Source: a virus
IMG/VR virus record: IMGVR_UViG_3300023296_001674
Length of the DNA stretch: 64,000 bases
Reading direction: 5' to 3' (one strand)
Part shown: piece by piece, positions 50,229-59,344 of the stretch
Position numbering within the stretch: the first letter of the stretch is position 1
Layout of the letters: each line of letters begins with the position of its first letter
Made by a program: the position numbers and the translations under genes
Notes under the pieces: generated by a model
Told to the model about the DNA's origin: nothing
Databases searched by the model: none
The model's input: the letters and a program-made list of their open reading frames with translations, nothing else

Positions 50229-51464
50229 ATGAAAGATGATGCTTTAAAACCTCTTCTTGAGAACGAACTTTTAGATGATGCTTCCAAGCAAGCGATAAGT
50301 GAAGCTTGGGAAATTAATCTTAAGGAAGCTCGCGAAGAGATTGAAACACAACTACGTGAAGAATATACTTCACGCTACGAGCACGATAAAGGTGTTTTAG
50401 TGGAAGCTGTTGAACGTATGGTCACAGACGGTATGTCAGTAGAAATCGCTGAATTTGTAGCAGATAGTAAAAGACTCACAGAGCAACAAGTTAAGCTTGC
50501 CGAAGAAATTCGTAAAGCAAGAATTGATGCTAAAGAAAAACTAGCAGAACAAATGCAAATGTTAGAAACATTCGTACTTGAAACGTTAGGAACCGAAATT
50601 GGGGCGTTTGAAGCAGACCGCCGCGAAATCAAAGAAGGTAAGCGTGCCGTTGCTAAGAAACTTCGCGAATGCAGAGTGGAATACAACGAAAAACTTGCCG
50701 AAAGTGTTGCTAAGATGGGCGATTTTGTAGTTAATCAGTTATCTACAGAAATGGGCGATTTCCATCAAGATAAAGTTGCACTTCGTAATCAGCGTGTGCG
50801 TATGATTGCAGAAGGGAAGAAAGCGATTGCTGAAACCCGTAAGCAAATTATTGCACGTAGCTCTAAACTAATCGAAAGCAGAATTCCGAAAATGCTTGAA
50901 GCAGAAATGACACAGTTTAAAGATGACATCATTGCTTCTAGACAGAAGAAATTTGGTTCCGAAATGTTTGAAGCATTTGTAGCTGAATACAAAACAACAT
51001 TCTTTAACGAATCTGTTGAAGTTAAAAAACTTAGTGATCAAATCGTTGAAAGCGATGAGAAACTTAAGAAAGCTTCCGCATTATTCGAATCAGCAACCAA
51101 AATGGTTAAAGATTCACAAAAGAAACAGGTACTTGCAGAAAGTAAGGCAACTCGTATTGTGGTTACAAATGAATTGCTATCTAAACTATCTGGAAGCCAA
51201 AAAGACGTTATGGCAGAATTACTTGAAGGTGTGAAAACGGAAAATCTTCGTGCACAGTTTAGAAAGTATATCCCTGCTGTTACTAGCGGTGCCGGTGCTA
51301 CCGCTTTGAGCCGTAAGACTTCCACTGTGAAGCCCTTACAAGAAGGCAAAAAAGAAATTACTGGAAACAAAGAAAACAACAAACTTACCGAGAGTGTTGA
51401 CTCCGAGGATGCCAGCGACGTTGCTGAACTCATCGAGATGAAAAGACTCGCAGGCATGAACTAA
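50229..51464 (+). CDS. gp22: Prohead scaffold protein (gp22-like)
   Basis: Coiled-coil, between protease and capsid; FG..MFEAF. Confidence 0.8.
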   Translation: MKDDALKPLLENELLDDASKQAISEAWEINLKEAREEIETQLREEYTSRYEHDKGVLVEAVERMVTDGMSVEIAEFVADSKRLTEQQVKLAEEIRKARIDAKEKLAEQMQMLETFVLETLGTEIGAFEADRREIKEGKRAVAKKLRECRVEYNEKLAESVAKMGDFVVNQLSTEMGDFHQDKVALRNQRVRMIAEGKKAIAETRKQIIARSSKLIESRIPKMLEAEMTQFKDDIIASRQKKFGSEMFEAFVAEYKTTFFNESVEVKKLSDQIVESDEKLKKASALFESATKMVKDSQKKQVLAESKATRIVVTNELLSKLSGSQKDVMAELLEGVKTENLRAQFRKYIPAVTSGAGATALSRKTSTVKPLQEGKKEITGNKENNKLTESVDSEDASDVAELIEMKRLAGMN

Positions 51465-51488
51465 GGAATCTAAAGGAGATTTATAAAA

Positions 51489-52679
51489 ATGAGTAAACTA
51501 TTTGAATCAAACTGGGATACCACAAGATCAGCACTTTGTGAAGGTTTGGAAGGAACTAAAAAACAAGTTATGGAAACAGTTCTTAACAACACCCGCGCAG
51601 AGTTAAAGCTTATGGAATCCGCAACAGCAGGTGCAACATCCGCTGGTAACGTAGCAACCTTGAACAAGGTTATCCTACCAGTTATCCGCCGTGTTATGCC
51701 AACTGTTATCGCTAACGAAATCATCGGCGTACAGCCAATGACCGGACCTGTTGGTCAAATTCACACATTGCGTGTGCGTTATGCTGACACATTTGGTACT
51801 GGAGCAGGTGCGCCTGTTACTGCTGGTACTGAAGCATTAGGCCCATTCGAAATTGCACGTTTCTATGCTGGTAACGGCGACGGAAACAACCCACGTGCTG
51901 CTTCTACAGCAGTATTGGAAGGTGTACCTGGTAATCGCTTGAACATCCAAGTATTGAAAGAAACCGTTGAGTCAAAGACACGTAGATTGTCTGCTCGTTG
52001 GACTTTCGAAGCTGCACAAGATGCACAAGCACAGCAAGGTATTGATATCGAAGCTGAAATTATGGCTGCGTTGGCTCAAGAAATCACTGCTGAAATCGAT
52101 CAGGAAATCTTGGTTTCCCTTCGTGCTCTTCCGGGTGCTCCAACAGCCATCTTCGATCAAGGTAACGTAAGTGGTACAGCTACTTATGTTGGTGATGAGC
52201 ATGCTGCACTTGCAGTTTTGATCAACCGCCAAAGTAACTTGATTGCTTCCAGAACACGTCGTGGTGCTGGTAACTGGTGTGTTATATCACCAACTGCTTT
52301 AACTGTTCTTCAAAGTGCTACAACGTCCGCGTTCGCACGTACTACTGAAGGTACATTCGAAGCTCCAACAAACACAAAGTTCGTTGGAACATTGAACAAC
52401 TCCATGAGAGTTTATGTTGATCAATATGCTGGTGATTCTACTCCAGTTCTTATTGGTTATAAAGGTCAAGGCGAAATTGATGCGGCTGCTTATTACTGCC
52501 CATACGTTCCGTTGACATCTTCAGGCGTTATAATTGATCCACAGACTTTCGAGCCTGTAGTTTCTTTCATGACGAGGTACGGATACATCGAGTTGACGAA
52601 CACGGCCAGTTCCCTTGGAAATGCTGCTGATTATGTTGGTTTGGTTGGTATCAATACAGCGAACTTGAAGTTCCTTTAA
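51489..52679 (+). CDS. gp23: Major capsid protein
   Basis: IRRVMP..IANEIIGVQPMTGP, R.L.ARWTFEAAQD, EI.AEID.EI, YCPYVPL, FMTRYG. Confidence 0.97.
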   Translation: MSKLFESNWDTTRSALCEGLEGTKKQVMETVLNNTRAELKLMESATAGATSAGNVATLNKVILPVIRRVMPTVIANEIIGVQPMTGPVGQIHTLRVRYADTFGTGAGAPVTAGTEALGPFEIARFYAGNGDGNNPRAASTAVLEGVPGNRLNIQVLKETVESKTRRLSARWTFEAAQDAQAQQGIDIEAEIMAALAQEITAEIDQEILVSLRALPGAPTAIFDQGNVSGTATYVGDEHAALAVLINRQSNLIASRTRRGAGNWCVISPTALTVLQSATTSAFARTTEGTFEAPTNTKFVGTLNNSMRVYVDQYAGDSTPVLIGYKGQGEIDAAAYYCPYVPLTSSGVIIDPQTFEPVVSFMTRYGYIELTNTASSLGNAADYVGLVGINTANLKFL

Positions 52680-52716
52680 GCCTTGTGCTTATAGGCTTTT
52701 CATTAAGCAAAAATTC

Positions 52717-52746
52717 AGGCAGGAACTTCGGTTCCTGCCTTTTTTG
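52717..52746 (+). terminator. Rho-independent terminator
   Basis: AGGCAGGAAC-TTCG-GTTCCTGCCT followed by a T run. Confidence 0.92.
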
Positions 52747-52778
52747 TTGACTTTATTCATGTGTATATGATATAAATA
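52747..52778 (+). promoter_or_regulatory. Promoter for the endonuclease (late TATAAATA box, with an upstream TTGACT)
   Basis: TTGACT at 52747; TATAAATA at 52771-52778. Confidence 0.6.
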
Positions 52779-52783
52779 CTACT

Positions 52784-53572
52784 ATGAATAATAAATTTTA
52801 TGTATACATATATTATGACCCAAGAAATAATCAACCGTTTTATGTTGGTAAAGGAACTGGTGCGCGTTTATATGACCATCTAAAAGAATCTATAGAACGA
52901 ACAGCAAATAAACGCAAGCATTATAAAATACAATCTATCCGACGTGATGGGTTAGAGCCAGTAGTTGAAAAATATAAAGATAATCTTACTGAAAATGAAG
53001 CATATGATTTAGAAGATGAACTCATAATAAAATGGGGTAGAAAGGATTTTGATAAAAACGGCATTTTGTTTAATATAGCAGAAGCAGGCATTAGAGTTCC
53101 GGTGTATCGCGGCAAGGATCATTATAACTGGGGTAAAACTGGTGCCATGCTAGGAAAAAAATTAACACCGGAACAAAAAGAGCGCCAACGAATAGCACAA
53201 ACAGGCAGAACGCGAGAACCATTTAGTGATGAATGGTTAAAAAATATGGGTAAGAAAAAGAAAGGTGATAAAAATCCAATGTATGGTAAAAAACATTCAC
53301 TTGAAACTTTGGAAAAGATACGCATCAAAGCACAAGATAGAATTCATAGTCCAGAATCAAATGAAAAACGTTCTGAAACATTGAAAAAAACCGCCGCGAA
53401 AAAATACCAACGTATCATTCCTGAAATACTTACTATCCAGCAGGATGGTATAATCACATATCGAGGTATTGCACGCGAACTTAATAATCGTGGATTTAAG
53501 ACTGATCGTGGTTCTATATTCCGTGATGATATAGTGAAACGTATTTTGACTACAATGAACACCACAACATAA
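52784..53572 (+). mobile_element. Free-standing GIY-YIG homing endonuclease with NUMOD3 and C-terminal HTH
   Basis: FYVYIYYDPRNNQPFYVGKG..R...H; KGDKNPMYGKKHS; RGIARELNNRG. Confidence 0.88.
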
Positions 53573-53714
53573 TATAGACTCCCCGCCCACCCCTATGCTA
53601 TGCTACTGTTAAACATTATAGAGGCATCATTATGAACACACTAGCAACATGGCACTGGCACATAGAAATTAGTTCTAAGTGTACACATAATACGGCACAA
53701 GAATGGTGATTTAA

Positions 53715-53972
53715 GTGTATATGCAAGTAAATTCAACTGAATATATGTTCACTTGTCATGAAGTAGCGTTGCCTACTAAATTGATTCAAGCCTATCATGT
53801 CGTTTCAGGTATGCCACATACTGCATATGTATTTGACGATCAGGCACCGATTCAATGGTTGATTGATAATGATATAGATTATAAGAATGAAAAAACAGAT
53901 CAATACACACGAAGGATATTAGTAATAAAATCGATAGAGAATTCAATGGCATTCAAGTTGAGGTGGATATGA
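53715..53972 (+). CDS. DAMAFKLRW-family small protein
   Basis: Ends ENSMAFKLRWI; internal QWLIDN. Confidence 0.75.
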   Translation: MYMQVNSTEYMFTCHEVALPTKLIQAYHVVSGMPHTAYVFDDQAPIQWLIDNDIDYKNEKTDQYTRRILVIKSIENSMAFKLRWI

Positions 53973-54214
53973 TATTAAAACAATTGCCACCAAATGATAG
54001 GCAAATATATTTCCATATGTTTGATGTAACATTAGAAAGTGGTGAATATAAAAGTCATATTACTAAATGGTTGAAGGAAAATATAGGTAGATATAAATTT
54101 ATGGAACGAGATAGAAAATGGATTGTTAATAATTATCGTGGTAAACATAATAGATTTTTCTATGGGTTTAGGTATAGCGAAGATGCGATGGCTTTTAAAT
54201 TGATGTGGATATGA
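53969..54214 (+). CDS. DAMAFKLRW-family small protein
   Basis: Start at ATGA overlap; KWLKEN; ends EDAMAFKLMWI. Confidence 0.78.
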   Translation: MILKQLPPNDRQIYFHMFDVTLESGEYKSHITKWLKENIGRYKFMERDRKWIVNNYRGKHNRFFYGFRYSEDAMAFKLMWI

Positions 54215-54504
54215 TTATATTTGATCAACGGTATCATGTTAGTGAGTTTTTATCTGTATATCAAAAATGGATAAAGGTGGGAGTGAGTAGAAGTCTTGCT
54301 ACAGGTATGTCAGATGAACATGATGTAACGTATTGTCGTGATGCTGATATTATATATGAAAAACTTGCAGAAAATATGATTGAAATATCTTTATGGATAT
54401 ATGAAAATATAAACTCTGAATATATTGCATTTAGTATGTATGAACATGCATTTTTTATAAAAAACGAATGTGATGCGATGGCGTTTAAATTGAGGTGGAT
54501 GTAA
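54211..54504 (+). CDS. DAMAFKLRW-family small protein
   Basis: ATGA overlap; LWIYEN; ends CDAMAFKLRWM. Confidence 0.78.
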   Translation: MIIFDQRYHVSEFLSVYQKWIKVGVSRSLATGMSDEHDVTYCRDADIIYEKLAENMIEISLWIYENINSEYIAFSMYEHAFFIKNECDAMAFKLRWM

Positions 54505-54507
54505 ATT

Positions 54508-54729
54508 ATGAAATGTGAAAAGTGTTCAAAGGAAATAATAAACAAATGGAAAGTATACCCCGAAGAACCCGGTTATTCTATCATATCAAAGGATGGAAAA
54601 GATGGTCATCCTATGGGATTCAAACGATTTAAAACAAAATGGGCTTATTTAATTTGCTTCAGTGAAAATCATTTCTCTGAAAAATGGCAAAGAAAGATTC
54701 ATAAATGGTGGAGTTCGCAAAATGGTTAG
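54508..54729 (+). CDS. Hypothetical small protein (CxxC N-terminus)
   Basis: 73-aa ORF following the GAGGTG SD carried by the previous gene's end. Confidence 0.6.
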   Translation: MKCEKCSKEIINKWKVYPEEPGYSIISKDGKDGHPMGFKRFKTKWAYLICFSENHFSEKWQRKIHKWWSSQNG

Positions 54730-55132
54730 ATGTATAAATTTTCCAAGTAGATACGATGAAGAATTGTATAATTTAACCAAACATGTTAATGATTATCAAG
54801 AAGAGGTAGATAAAATAGCACGACGAAGAGAAATGGCGAAACATTCTTCATATAACAGCGAAGAATTTGTAAAAAATCTAACAGAAGATGAACCGACAGC
54901 GATAACGTCATTAAGAAAAGCAAATATTAATCTTACATATTTTAATACATTCACTCGCGATGATTGGAAATTTAATTCTAAAATAATAAAAGGCAATAAT
55001 ACATTAATAAGAAAATGGTGTTTATCAGAATTAAAATATAAACCATATTCAAAATTGGCAGTTGGAGGAACATTGTATATATTTCGTGATGATACGGATG
55101 CAATGGCGGCATATTTAAGGTGGTCTACGTGA
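54722..55132 (+). CDS. DAMAFKLRW-family small protein
   Basis: RKWCLSE; ends TDAMAAYLRWST; start placed at ATG 54722 after GGAG. Confidence 0.7.
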   Translation: MVRCINFPSRYDEELYNLTKHVNDYQEEVDKIARRREMAKHSSYNSEEFVKNLTEDEPTAITSLRKANINLTYFNTFTRDDWKFNSKIIKGNNTLIRKWCLSELKYKPYSKLAVGGTLYIFRDDTDAMAAYLRWST

Positions 55133-55404
55133 TTTATATTGACCTACCGTGGAATCTATATAATCATAATGAAACGATGCAAAGATTTTTTGATAATATA
55201 GATGATGATAACTTGTTTGATTTAAAATATTTAAAACCCAATGAAGATATGGTATCATGGTTGAACGAAAATGATATATCATATGAATTTGTTACCTCAA
55301 AACCAGTTAAAACAATGTGCGGCAAAGATGGTTTGTTGCATGATTATTTTATAAAACTCGACATTAAAGAGGACGCTATGGGGTTTATATTACGATGGAT
55401 ATAA
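55129..55404 (+). CDS. DAMAFKLRW-family small protein
   Basis: GTGA overlap; SWLNEN; ends EDAMGFILRWI. Confidence 0.75.
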   Translation: MIYIDLPWNLYNHNETMQRFFDNIDDDNLFDLKYLKPNEDMVSWLNENDISYEFVTSKPVKTMCGKDGLLHDYFIKLDIKEDAMGFILRWI

Positions 55405-55637
55405 TGACTTATGTATTTGAAAATGATGAACATTTTGTAGAAATCGAGCCAAGTCTTGCGTTATTACCAAATGGTGAAAAAATAGTTTACAGTGGACTTG
55501 TGATACATAATGATGTAATTAAGTGGTGTGACGATAATTTTAATAACTGGAAATATTCATGGGATTCATATGATGCACCTAAAATACAATTTGAATGCAA
55601 GGAGGACGCTATGGGGTTTATACTACGATGGGTATGA
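55404..55637 (+). CDS. DAMAFKLRW-family small protein
   Basis: TAATG overlap; KWCDDN; ends EDAMGFILRWV. Confidence 0.75.
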   Translation: MTYVFENDEHFVEIEPSLALLPNGEKIVYSGLVIHNDVIKWCDDNFNNWKYSWDSYDAPKIQFECKEDAMGFILRWV

Positions 55638-55819
55638 AAAAAACAAAACGATCTGATATCAGACTTGTTTGTTCTATGAGAATTGATGATGAAAAATTGG
55701 ATTGGTTCAAAGATAATGATATACATAAATATTATTTGTTTAATAATGTAAACAGTGGTGCACATATATCGTTTAAATATGCAGAGGACGCGATGGCGTT
55801 TAAGTTGATGTGGTTATGA
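55634..55819 (+). CDS. DAMAFKLRW-family small protein
   Basis: ATGA overlap; DWFKDN; ends EDAMAFKLMWL. Confidence 0.75.
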   Translation: MKKTKRSDIRLVCSMRIDDEKLDWFKDNDIHKYYLFNNVNSGAHISFKYAEDAMAFKLMWL

Positions 55820-56043
55820 TTCAACTTGACGAACATGACCATTTTAATATAGAATACGAAGATTATAAGAACAATATGTATTTTGTTATGTTAAATGATG
55901 AAATAGAAGTATGGATTCGTGAAAATCTAAATAGTGATTATGATTTAGATTGTGAAGATTATTATTATTATAAAGATTCATCAATATATATCACATTTGC
56001 CAACGATGAAGATTCTGTCGCATTTATATTGAGGTGGATATGA
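55816..56043 (+). CDS. DAMAFKLRW-family small protein
   Basis: ATGA overlap; VWIREN; ends EDSVAFILRWI. Confidence 0.75.
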   Translation: MIQLDEHDHFNIEYEDYKNNMYFVMLNDEIEVWIRENLNSDYDLDCEDYYYYKDSSIYITFANDEDSVAFILRWI

Positions 56044-56336
56044 AACTAGTAAAATGTAGAAAGTATAAAAAAGGATCAACCGTTCCGTTAGAATACTTCA
56101 AATATGAATTACGTTTCGATAAAGAAACGGTTAATTTAATATGCAATAAACATAAAAATCCGATAGATGGTCTTACTGATTGGTGTGATGAAAATTATGG
56201 CCCTATGGTACCAAAAGATGGCGTTAAAGGATGGAATTGGGCGATGTGGGCTACACCACATTATAAAAATGTAGAGGCTATAGTATTTTTGCATTTAGTT
56301 GAGGACGCGATGGCTTTTAAATTACGATGGACATAA
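56040..56336 (+). CDS. DAMAFKLRW-family small protein
   Basis: ATGA overlap; DWCDEN; ends EDAMAFKLRWT. Confidence 0.78.
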   Translation: MKLVKCRKYKKGSTVPLEYFKYELRFDKETVNLICNKHKNPIDGLTDWCDENYGPMVPKDGVKGWNWAMWATPHYKNVEAIVFLHLVEDAMAFKLRWT

Positions 56337-56505
56337 ATAAAAAACCAAAACTTACAACTTTGTATTCATTGAGTTTATTGAGTAGTATAGAAATAGTATA
56401 TCCAAAAATTGAAGTGTTTATGGATTATAAAGCTAACGTAATATTAATTATTGACAACGTAGATGATATAACGCTTGGGCATCATGGGATGGATAAAAAT
56501 TTGAA

Positions 56506-56706
56506 ATGAATTATATAACGCGACAATCATCGGGGTGGTTTGCAATAACTAGTTATTGGTATCGAACAGATATTTATACATTATCACAACAACAACGAAA
56601 ATGGATTGAATGCAATATTCGTGGTAGATGGACGGAAAACGCGTTTGGATGTGTAATGTTTGAACACGAAGATGATTACATATTATATATGTTTGCTGGA
56701 TCATGA
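56506..56706 (+). CDS. Divergent DAMAFKLRW-family small protein
   Basis: KWIECN...FEHEDDYILYMF. Confidence 0.55.
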   Translation: MNYITRQSSGWFAITSYWYRTDIYTLSQQQRKWIECNIRGRWTENAFGCVMFEHEDDYILYMFAGS

Positions 56707-57050
56707 AAAAACTTAAACATATATTATCATGGGATATTTCAGATGATATCAAATCTAAATACAATGAAGATGTAGATATTCCATATGAGCATGATAAATT
56801 TACAGTAGAGTTTTATTTATGTGAAGACCTCTGTGATGATGAATGGGAATCATATCGAGTTAAATTTGTAGAACTTGATGATTATTATGATTTACGAATA
56901 GCAGTATATGCTATGGATATAAGCCGTGAAATAGAAAAACGTGATGGTGGCACAATTGTAGAGTTTATATACCATGTGTTGATGGATTTAATAAATGAAG
57001 AGGATAAAGAGATAGCCATGCGGGACTTTTTAGATGAAATAAGTGATTAA
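56703..57050 (+). CDS. Acidic hypothetical protein
   Basis: 115 aa, ATGA overlap with the previous gene, D/E-rich. Confidence 0.65.
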   Translation: MKKLKHILSWDISDDIKSKYNEDVDIPYEHDKFTVEFYLCEDLCDDEWESYRVKFVELDDYYDLRIAVYAMDISREIEKRDGGTIVEFIYHVLMDLINEEDKEIAMRDFLDEISD

Positions 57051-57052
57051 AT

Positions 57053-57280
57053 ATGTCAAAATATCTACGAAAACAAAAAAGAAAAACTAAATTATGTTTA
57101 AAGAAAACATATACATTAGAACGAACGTTATCTAAAGAAGCGCGAGAAGAAATAGAAGAATGGTGTGAAGAAAATCTCACAGGGAGTTGTATGTGGTTAA
57201 GAACTGGATGGAATGATTCAAATACTATGGGATTTCAAGATTTATATGATAAAATGGCATTTATTTTGCGTTGGGCGTGA
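57053..57280 (+). CDS. DAMAFKLRW-family small protein
   Basis: EWCEEN; ends YDKMAFILRWA. Confidence 0.75.
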   Translation: MSKYLRKQKRKTKLCLKKTYTLERTLSKEAREEIEEWCEENLTGSCMWLRTGWNDSNTMGFQDLYDKMAFILRWA

Positions 57281-57344
57281 AATATATTGACCTACCAGTA
57301 TGAAATAATATATTATAATACAATATTAATATGGAGTATATTAA

Positions 57345-57869
57345 ATGAGTGACAATACTTTTGCTGACATGACGTTGTCGGAGCAAATACAGGTAGTTAA
57401 TGATAGATTTATGGGTAATCACCCTGATAGAATAACACAACCAAGTGAATTATTTAATGTTTTGGGTGAAACTGTTTATATAGTTCTTTCGCCATTCGGT
57501 AAAGACCAAGATATAGGCAATGGTTATATTTTTGATATGAGTATTGATGAAATACGATCAAAAGATGGTGAAATATTGAATAATTATGACGTATTATCAA
57601 TAGATAGTTTAGAAAATCCCGTATGTATATGCAATGATGATGAATTTAAAGCATTATGTTTGCGAGATTTGAACATTATACCAAATATATATAATAATCA
57701 TGCTGCATTTACAACAAGAGATGGCGCTGAAGCATACGCCATGTTTAGAAAAATTCAATGGTTAGAAGAACAATCGTTAATAGATATGTCAAATGAATTT
57801 GATTTTTGGATGACGGACGAACAATATAATTCAGATAAGAAAATAATCGATAAAAATAAGGAAAAATAA
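57345..57869 (+). CDS. Hypothetical protein
   Basis: 174-aa ORF with GGAG SD and an upstream TTGACC...TATTAT promoter-like site. Confidence 0.7.
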   Translation: MSDNTFADMTLSEQIQVVNDRFMGNHPDRITQPSELFNVLGETVYIVLSPFGKDQDIGNGYIFDMSIDEIRSKDGEILNNYDVLSIDSLENPVCICNDDEFKALCLRDLNIIPNIYNNHAAFTTRDGAEAYAMFRKIQWLEEQSLIDMSNEFDFWMTDEQYNSDKKIIDKNKEK

Positions 57870-57870
57870 T

Positions 57871-58551
57871 ATGTTAGTAGGTGTTGTTGGTTTTATTGGC
57901 TCCGGTAAGGGTGCTATAGGCGATTTATTAGTTAAAAATAATGGTTTCACGACAGATAGTTTTGCAAAATCAGTTAAAGATGTTGCTTCGGTGATATTTG
58001 GATGGGATCGCGAGATGCTTGAAGGAAAAACAGATGAATCAAGGCATTTTAGAGAACAGCCAGATAGATATTGGTCTAAGAAACTTGATATTAAGAATTT
58101 TACACCACGACAAGCACTGCAAATGGTTGGAACTGAAGCAGGGCGTAACATATTTGGTGAAGTAATATGGACTGCTGGTGTTGAAAGACGTTGGTTGGAC
58201 GCAAAAAAACCTAATACTGTTATCACTGATTGTAGATTTCCTAATGAAATAGATATGATACGCAAATTGGGTGGGCGCGTACTGCGCATTACACGCGGGG
58301 CAGACCCTGAATGGTATCAACAGATGCTATTTTTTAATAAAGGCATGTGTGATGAAGAAGACTTGCGCATGATACGCCAACGACGTGCTACAAAATCTAT
58401 ACCACATGAAAGCGAAACCGCATGGATTGGGTGTAATTTTGATGAAAATATATCAAATGATGGCACACTTAAAGATTTAGAAAAAACAATGGTTGAAATT
58501 TCTGATAAATTGCTTGAAGCTTCTGAAATCCAACTTGGATTAGATTTGTGA
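57871..58551 (+). CDS. Deoxynucleoside monophosphate kinase (gp1-like)
   Basis: GFIGSGKG, SFA..VKD, TPRQALQMVGTE.GR, ITDCRFPNE, HESE, NDGT. Confidence 0.9.
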   Translation: MLVGVVGFIGSGKGAIGDLLVKNNGFTTDSFAKSVKDVASVIFGWDREMLEGKTDESRHFREQPDRYWSKKLDIKNFTPRQALQMVGTEAGRNIFGEVIWTAGVERRWLDAKKPNTVITDCRFPNEIDMIRKLGGRVLRITRGADPEWYQQMLFFNKGMCDEEDLRMIRQRRATKSIPHESETAWIGCNFDENISNDGTLKDLEKTMVEISDKLLEASEIQLGLDL

Positions 58552-59249
58552 CATCAATAACTCCATCAGATATACCATTTATTGGTAAAATAGCAGATGA
58601 TGTGTGCCTTAGTGGTGGGGCAGCAGGGGCTGATGTTGCGTGGGGTAATGCTGCCCTATCTGTTGGTCATCAGGTGGTTCATTGGTCGTTTAAAGGGCAT
58701 AAATCGCATGATAATGATAACACATATATTCTAAATGATGAAGATTTATCAAAATCTGACGAATATCTCGTAGAAGCTAATGCGACACTTAAAAGAAAAC
58801 TAAGTTTTAATAAGCCATATATCGTTAACCTTCTAAAACGGAGTTGGTATCAAGTTAAATATGCCGATTCGGTATATGTAGTTGGTTCGTTAAATGAAAA
58901 AGCAATCAAGTATGACCCAAACCAAGGATTTGATCGAAAATATCATTTGATAAATGATAGAAAGGATAGATTAGGAGTCAACGGTGGAACCGCATGGGCA
59001 ATGCAATTTTATTTAGATATGTATCGAAGGATGAATGGTGATATGGATTTTAATATGATATTATATGATCAACTTGAACGTGAATTATATAGTTATTCAC
59101 CGAAATATGGATGTTGGTTTACAATGGAGGAAAATATGGCATTTTCCAATAAAAAAGTAGGTAAACCAAATGGTATTTATGCAGCGATTGGCTCAAGAGA
59201 TTTAAATCAATCTGGAGAAACATATATCGAAGGCATATATAAAAAATAA
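58548..59249 (+). CDS. SLOG-superfamily-like nucleotide-binding protein
   Basis: SGGAAGAD, GGTAWA and IGSR motifs. Confidence 0.55.
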   Translation: MTSITPSDIPFIGKIADDVCLSGGAAGADVAWGNAALSVGHQVVHWSFKGHKSHDNDNTYILNDEDLSKSDEYLVEANATLKRKLSFNKPYIVNLLKRSWYQVKYADSVYVVGSLNEKAIKYDPNQGFDRKYHLINDRKDRLGVNGGTAWAMQFYLDMYRRMNGDMDFNMILYDQLERELYSYSPKYGCWFTMEENMAFSNKKVGKPNGIYAAIGSRDLNQSGETYIEGIYKK

Positions 59250-59274
59250 AAAGATAAAAATATATGGTATATTA

Positions 59275-59304
59275 GGCGGTTAGTTGATTCTAACCGCCAT
59301 TTTT
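59275..59304 (+). terminator. Rho-independent terminator
   Basis: GGCGGTTAG-loop-CTAACCGCC followed by ATTTTT. Confidence 0.75.
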
Positions 59305-59305
59305 A

Positions 59306-59313
59306 TATAAATA
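59306..59313 (+). promoter_or_regulatory. T4-type late promoter
   Basis: TATAAATA upstream of the neck gene. Confidence 0.75.
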
Positions 59314-59344
59314 CAATAGGTAATGTATATCTGGAGTCATTTAT

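Noticed and set aside
53935-56336. Dispersed repeats as a CRISPR array
   Set aside because: Repeats are degenerate, lie in coding frame and are separated by 150-600 nt of ORF; no cas genes in the window
56327-56509. 60-aa ORF within the small-gene array
   Set aside because: May be real, but it lacks the family motif and a clear start signal, so it was not called
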